A stretch of 64,000 nucleotides of DNA, from positions 111,228,001-111,292,000 of the forward strand of contig OX597822.1 in assembly GCA_951406725.2 (NCBI GenBank), written 5' to 3'. This DNA is from Octopus vulgaris. Its lineage: Eukaryota. Below, piece after piece: positions 56,433-64,000 of this stretch; position 1 is the first letter of the stretch, and each line of letters opens with the position of its first letter. Position numbers and translations under genes: made by a program. The notes beneath the pieces were generated by a model. It was not told where the DNA came from. It worked only from the letters and a program-made list of their open reading frames with translations, and searched no databases.

Positions 56433-56879
56433 GAATTAAAATGAAGATGATAACGTTAAGAACAGACCGTTTTCTAACTGTTTCCTTTTTTCTTGAAATA
56501 AAATATCTGTACGTATCTTCAAGCACACTATAAAGGACCATAATCATCCGGATATATTTTCATTTATGTGTGTTAATTACAGTATTAGAACGGCTTAACT
56601 CTTATTTCTAGCAATGTAGATTTCCCTAACACCCCAGTCGCACACACACAGACACACACACATATATATCTATTTGATAAGAGGGTGTGTTAATCTCGTG
56701 AAGGGATGGTTGCATCCAAAGAAATATTGCTTCAATGCCTAATATTTTGTGAGGATAAATTTCCTATAAAACAATAGGTATCTGTTAAGCATATAGTTTA
56801 TATTTATTTAAAAGTAGAAAAGAAAATAGAGAAGGAAGTTGATAATTGTTTATTATTAACATATTGGTCATATATATAT

Positions 56880-57087
56880 TGGGAGAGTTTACGAAAAAAA
56901 CAAAAGACGAAGACAGGTGGTGTACAAAACAAACAGATGTATTAGTATAACGCTCAGGAATAGATAAAGTATTTTACGTTTCGAGCCTACACTCTTCTAC
57001 AGAAAGGGACACACAAAAAAACCAGGAGAGAAAAAAAAGGAGAGAAAAAATGTGTGTAGTGGCTAACGATCTATCATGGCGTCTGAT
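56880..57087 (-). mobile_element. Family D element
   Basis: ttttacgtttcgagcctacactcttctacagaaaggg. Confidence 0.75.
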
Positions 57088-57121
57088 ATATATATATATA
57101 TATATATATATGTATACATAT

Positions 57122-57297
57122 ACGACGGGCTTCTTTCAGTTTCCGTCTACCAAATCCACTCACAAGGCTTTGCTCGTCCCGAGGCTATAATAGAAGACAC
57201 TTGCCTAACGTGCCACGCTCTTCTACACAAAGGGACACAGATAACAAGGAGAGAAAAAATGTGTGTGTAGTAGCTAACGAGCTATCCTGGCGACTGG
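57122..57297 (-). mobile_element. Chimera of SINE A body and family D 5' part
   Basis: SINE A to ...gtgccacgc switches to family D tcttctacacaaaggg... at ~57216-57219. Confidence 0.7.
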
Positions 57298-57312
57298 TAT
57301 ATATATATATGT

Positions 57313-57610
57313 GGAGGCGCAATGGCCCAGTGGTTAGGGCAGCGGACTCGCAGTCGTAGGATCGCGGTTTCGATTCCCAGACCGGGCGTTGTGAGTGTTT
57401 ATTGAGCGAAAACACCGAAAAGCTCCACGAGTCTCCGGCAAGGGGTGGTGATCCCTGCTGTACTCTTTCACCACACTTTCTTTCACTCTTTCTTCAGTTG
57501 GCCTGCTAGCTTAGCCAGCGGGGTGGCGTCATTTGAAGGCTAAAACAATGCGAACGCATTGTGACCAGCGATGTGTAACAACATCTGATGGTCTGGTCGG
57601 TCACGTGATG

Positions 57611-57616
<6 letters not shown>
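57313..57616 (+). mobile_element. SINE family C
   Basis: ggaggcgcaatggcccagtggttagggcagcggactcgcagtcgtaggatcgcggtttcgattccc. Confidence 0.88.
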
Positions 57617-57662
<46 letters not shown>

Positions 57663-57954
57663 CATGTATGTATGTATATATGTATTATGTATGTATATAT
57701 ATGATCAAATAAATGATAAAATACGATGAATAATTGTCAGATCATATGAGCTGACGATATTGCATCGTTCGATATTATTCATTTGATTATAATACACCAT
57801 AGGAATTCCCGACACGTTGGAAACCCTGGAGTATACCAACAATGTACAATTAAGATAACGTGTGCTTTGGACCAGCCCCTAGGCACTTAATACTCATAGC
57901 GCCTAGGGGCTGGTGTATGCAACCGGAACAACCTATCTCAATAAATTATTGTTG

Positions 57955-58013
<59 letters not shown>

Positions 58014-58029
58014 TTATTATTATTATATG

Positions 58030-58205
58030 TTTGTCTTTTGCTTTGTATTTGTACAAGTTGACTGCAAGTCTCACCAAGAGACCTCTAGAGTCAAGAAGTT
58101 AGAAGTTCATGTTGGTGTTATGCCTAAGGTGTCATATATTTGGTTTTGCACATAGCATTGTTCTAGAGAATATTTAAGAAATCATAAGAAAATTATAAGT
58201 CCGTT
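58030..58205 (-). mobile_element. Possible 3' UTR of another (TAA)n-targeting LINE
   Basis: Unique segment bounded by (TTA)n on both sides, like 44590-44810. Confidence 0.35.
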
Positions 58206-58245
58206 TATTATTTTTATTATTATTATCATTATTATTATTATTATT

Positions 58246-58801
58246 GAGTGGGAGAGCAGTGCATGCCATCAAAGTGACACTGGGGTAAAATATACGAAGC
58301 CCAATATACCCATCATGACTACCCGTCTGATAAAGGTACACCAGGCACATGCATCACAACCATATGTGCGCGACATGGTGATCTCATATCAAGGTAAACA
58401 GCGCATGACCTTGCAGGTGGGGCCCAGTTAGAATTTTCTTCAGGTTGAGTAGCCCATCCCGCTCAAAAGGTCCCTGAATAAGGGTTGTTTAAGGATGTTG
58501 AAAGAACTACCCATGTTTCCAGAGGTGAATTATTCAAACCCCAAAGAATCCCCCTCAACACATGGCCATGATGCTCCCCCACTACTTCTGCTCGTGATCA
58601 GAGATGCCCATATCGTCAGCCACTAAGGGACATGCTCAACTGGTTAAGGTCAAACAACTGACAAGCAAATCTGTGGTATTGAGCAGAATATTTGCTGTAG
58701 CCCATCTTTTATACCAAGACAAAACAATGTACTTGATAACACTTCCAATCAGTTAAGATCAGAAGCCATGAGAGCCACTGTCTGGTACTGCATCAGGGCA
58801 T
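58246..58801 (-). mobile_element. Family G, full length
   Basis: Reverse complement of 44902-45457, flanked by (TTA)n. Confidence 0.88.
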
Positions 58802-58816
58802 TTATTATTATTATTA

Positions 58817-58854
<38 letters not shown>

Positions 58855-58858
58855 GTTA

Positions 58859-58954
<96 letters not shown>

Positions 58955-58955
<1 letters not shown>

Positions 58956-59150
58956 GGCGGCGAGCTGGCAGAATTGTTAGTGCGTCGAACGTCATTTCCT
59001 GCGTCTTTACGTTCTGAGTTCAAATTCCGCCAAGAAAGGTTGTTTTTCATTCCATCCTTCGGAGTCGATAAAATAAGTATCATTTGAATACGGAGATCGG
59101 TATAAAGAACTAGCATTCTTCCCCAAAATTTGATGTCTCGTGCCTATAAT
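58955..59150 (+). mobile_element. SINE family B variant
   Basis: ggcggcgagctggcagaattgttag...ttctgagttcaaattccgcc. Confidence 0.8.
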
Positions 59151-59193
59151 AGAATGGATCATCACTACTACTAATTACCACTACTACTACTAT

Positions 59194-59257
<64 letters not shown>

Positions 59258-59426
59258 ACTACTACTACTACTAAAACTGCTACAGAGGGCCAATATTTTG
59301 AGAGGTTTGTGGTTTGTCGGTAACATGGTCCTCAGTAAATAACGGTTAGTTTACTGTAACAGCTTCGGAGAAATATGAGGCAAACGTGACGTCAGTCTGA
59401 TTTCCTTATGAGATAGAAAAATATAT

Positions 59427-59466
<40 letters not shown>

Positions 59467-60957
59467 GTATATATACAAATATATGTATGTGTGGTTGTAT
59501 CTACCTATCTCTCTACGTGTGTATATATAAATATATATATCATATATATATATATTTACATATACATATACATATATATATTTATATATATATATATATG
59601 CACATATATTTATATATATGTATATATATATATATATATATACATATACATACATACATACATACATACATACATACATACATACATACATACATACATA
59701 CATACATACATACATACGTACATACATACATACATATATACATTTTTTCATCGAAATTTTTTTCATCGTAATTTGAAAAAGTTAAAAGGATGAATTCATA
59801 GCAAAACGCGAACATAAGAAAATAAGTTATTAGATAAATAAAAACCGCATAAGAAATAAAGAAAATGAAGATGGCGAAAGACTGAAGAATATTTTTTGAA
59901 CATAAACAAATGAATGGCCAAGAACAGCAAACCGTAACGAAGAAACCCAATTATACTGGGATGACAACACAATAACAATCATTATATTGAGAAAAGTTGA
60001 AGTTCCACAATATTAGACACGACTAACGGGGAAACAAATATATTAATGACAAAAAATAATTGCCGATTCAGAAACAGAAGACGTTTATAAGAAAGACAAA
60101 TATAAAAAAATCTTGAAAAATAGTAACAAATTATGAATTATATTTTGACAGAGAAAGTGAAACAGTTCAATAGGCGCAAAGCAAATGATATTCAACAGAA
60201 CGAATCGCAGAGAAAATTACTAAAAGAGAAATATGTAAACGAGGGGAATTTTCATGGTGGGGGAAGAATGAAATCAGCACAAGCGAAAGATAGATGGAAT
60301 TGAATCCTTAAGGAAATAAGGCAAAATGAACATATATTGATGTAAAGTGAAAAAATGGTTTTATGACAAAACGAAATTAAAAAATACCGTATAAATGTAT
60401 GCGAACGACCCTCACAAAATTAGTGTTTGCCATCTACCTATATATGTTTTATTAAGAAATAATTAGAATTAAGAACAAAAAGAAACGATAAAAATGAAAG
60501 GAAACAATGGTGGGTGGAGTAAAACACGTTCGGGGTTTTTCCTTGTTTTTCTTGTTTTAGTATTTTACGTAAATCAGTTATTGTAGAGTACGTGTTGTCT
60601 TTACATTCATCATTTATTCCCTAGCGTCCATAACCAAACAATCTTTGCCACGAACAAATTCCGGAAAATTCGCTTCCATAGCAACTGTGTTAATTGCCAT
60701 GCTGTTGATAAAAAAAAAACACATTTACTTTGATTTAACGCTTGTTTTAGTTCAAGCGAACTATGCATGTATGTATGTATGTATGTATGTATGTATGTAT
60801 ATATATATAAATACATATTATATACCAATTATATACATCTGTATTATTTTTTTGCAATTTACTTAATTATTGGTATATTATTGTTATTTTAATTTTAATA
60901 TTTCTATTATATGTAATTTTCTAGATGGTGTAATTTAATAAAAGGTGTTTTTTTTAA

Positions 60958-61030
<73 letters not shown>

Positions 61031-61109
61031 GTGAAATTTGATTTAGTATTTCTAAATTGACTTTTCCCTGTAAGTTAGGATTAATCTTCCCTCAAATAAT
61101 AATAATAAT

Positions 61110-61154
<45 letters not shown>

Positions 61155-61822
61155 AACATGAGGGTGTGTATATGTATATACACACGCACATGCACATACA
61201 GTCAGTGACAACACACACACATATATACACATCCCATATACATGCATATATGCATACACACATACATATATATATATATATATATTTACATACGCACACA
61301 TATATGTTTGTATATAGCATTCTATGTATGCATGTATGTATGTCTGTGTCCGTCTATCTATCTGTCTGTCTATTTATCTATCAATATACGTGTGCCAGGT
61401 GGGGCACATTTATATCTTCAGATTTCCATACCGAAATTTTTCTGTTCAAGGTGCACTTCACTCTGGCCGGACAACAATGATTAACTGTATTAAAATAAAT
61501 AACAACTCGACATCAACACCCGCTATACAATCATGATGATCGCAGATATTCTCCAAATAGTAATATCGAGATTTGAAAACACTATGCATCTTTTTGGTTA
61601 CATCAGGATGGTCGATGTTTTAGTCCCAGATAAATTCAAGGAGGCTAATATCGACAAATGAATTTCTATGTGTGATTCATCTTTTATCTTAGAATAAATC
61701 AATTTGTGTTTAAAATTTTATCGTATCATCGCTTAAAAAGAAACGGAATGGGCGCTTTGAGCAGCCCAGTATATATATATATATTGTTTTCATACAGCCA
61801 TATATATATATATATATATATA

Positions 61823-61986
61823 AAGTTAATCCAAACATGAAAACACAAAGAGAAGACACAACAACGCGAGGACGTGGAACAAATATAGTATTATTGGACG
61901 CCAGGAAGGAAGGGAAGAAGGAGGGTTTAACGTTTCGAGTGGAGCTCTTCGTCAGAAACACAGGAAAAGGAAAGATCCAGAGAAGG

Positions 61987-61990
<4 letters not shown>
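61823..61990 (-). mobile_element. Family E element with canonical-core hammerhead-like motif
   Basis: Minus strand GTTT-CTGACGA-A-GAGC-tcc-ACTC-GAAAC-GT-T-AAAC at 61925-61959. Confidence 0.75.
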
Positions 61991-62024
<34 letters not shown>

Positions 62025-62403
62025 TTTCATACACCCATATTTATTAAATATCTCATAAGAAAATGCATCAAACATCGGTATCGAAATATAAGTAATTTGA
62101 ACTGTTCCCTTAGTCTAATTAAACCTATCACAATATTCGATTTTAGTTTCAGTAGGGCTTACGGTGGAAATACTGTGCAAAAAATTGGATATTTCAATTG
62201 AGATTAACCTAGAAAATTGTGTACATCTATTTATATCTTCCTACTTCAAACGAAAATAATTTTGAATACTAAAAGTGGGAGGGTAAAATTCAATTCAAAC
62301 TTTATAGACTTTTAAAAATAGTATATATTAGCAAATGTTCGTACATTACTAAACCGACAAAGTATATGCAACATTATAAATACATACATACATACATACA
62401 TAC

Positions 62404-62472
<69 letters not shown>

Positions 62473-62993
62473 CATAGATACATACATATATACACTCACA
62501 CACATGTGGCTCCAACCGTTTAGAGATATTCAGCTATTCTGTATGCTTGAACAACCTGTAGCATAATAAACGATTTATATAAATATAATAAATCATTGTA
62601 TAAACATAATAAAATGGTTCTATAAAATAATGTAATGCAAATTAAAAGGACTTGGAATTGAAAAAAGCAATTTTGGAGAAGGGAAGTAGATATATATGTG
62701 GATTAAATAACCTAGAATATTAAGTAACTCGATTTCATATCCCAACGAAGTGGAGTGTGCCGTACATAAAATGTGAGATTTATTGATGCATTTTATATAA
62801 AGCCAATATTTTTATCTATTTCCCGATACGATATATCATAGTAAAATCGAATAAAATAATGAAAACTCGTTAAATTTTCTGACTGTAGAAATGCTACTCG
62901 AACTGTCCAAACTTTTATAGAATATATGTTAGTTGATATATCTAAGATTTGTATCGATTTTTTTCGGACGCTATTTAGCAACTGCACACACAC

Positions 62994-63068
<75 letters not shown>

Positions 63069-63615
63069 CACATGCACACACATTTAATTTATTTAAAATA
63101 TTTCAGCTTCCAAATGCAGATTCACGGGAAAAACCGCGTCGAAAAAATTTTCTGCAAGAGTAAATGGTGTAAAAACGAATACACAGACGCAGAATTTGCA
63201 GCTGTTTAGCTCTATCAATGGGAAATACTGGGGAGAGATAACAGATTTAAAGCCATAAATTTAACTAAAACACTGTCAGCAATATTGACAGAGTTGCGCC
63301 ATTGGAACACCAGGTGGGAAGAAATTCAGCAGTCTTTAGGCGTAAGTGGAATTTACGTTGGGGAAACGCAGGGCAGCTGTTGTGCTTTTACGGCTTTTTC
63401 ACAGTAATGGTAGTGAATTTGCCTTCAGGAAGCATATTTTAACAAATAACTTAAATGCTGTTTATTACTAAACACTGCTTGGTGCTTATACTGTCGACAA
63501 TATAACGACAATCCATGTCTGTTTTCGTTCGCTTTCCTTGTATGTCTCCACTGTCCTATTTTCGTTCCCAACTTTGACACTCCATAAATTCAAAATGCAT
63601 ATATATATATATGTA

Positions 63616-63654
<39 letters not shown>

Positions 63655-63656
<2 letters not shown>

Positions 63657-63875
63657 CAATGATAAATCTCAGAGCGAGTTATAAACGGTAGCGGTAACAC
63701 ATCGTGACGAATATTTGCCATTTGAATATGGCTAACCCCTAAGGGTTGATGCTACTGTAGTTTGTAGCCCCAGGAAGTTATCTCCTCCAGCTGGCTATAG
63801 ACACACTATCTGTGTCCTCTTAGTATTTGTGAAGGGAAGTCATCCTCCCCGCCTTCAACTCATGATACACACGGA
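63655..63875 (+). mobile_element. Short element between microsatellites, distantly related to the 2604-2906 palindrome arm
   Basis: Shares ctgt..tagccc..ggaag, gacaca-N5-tgtgtcct and tatttgtga. Confidence 0.5.
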
Positions 63876-63952
<77 letters not shown>

Positions 63953-64000
63953 CATACAAACATATATATATATATATATAAACAAATATTGTTTGAATAT

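Overview
AT-rich, microsatellite-saturated eukaryotic DNA. The SINE and repeat content resembles an octopus/cephalopod genome (inference). It is most likely intronic or intergenic. Almost all ORFs in the supplied track are (TA)n/(CA)n/(AAG)n/(TAA)n artefacts. No intact gene, rRNA or CRISPR array is seen; there is one plausible small host exon (2072-2117). Recognisable content: three tRNA-head SINE families, decayed mariner, Tigger/pogo, RTE, R4/Dong-like and Penelope (RT + GIY-YIG) elements, a TTAGGG-containing MITE pair with 8-bp TSDs, and a ~555-bp non-coding element inserted in (TAA)n. The most notable signal is a set of short non-coding elements, mostly inserted in (TA)n and often folded into DNA palindromes (150 bp to 3.3 kb). 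Many carry minimal hammerhead-ribozyme-like motifs (CTGAnGA...GAAAC-palindrome-GTH) of the Penelope pLTR/retrozyme type, including a family with a fixed non-canonical core (CTGTAGA). All alignments and folds were done by eye, and element boundaries are approximate.
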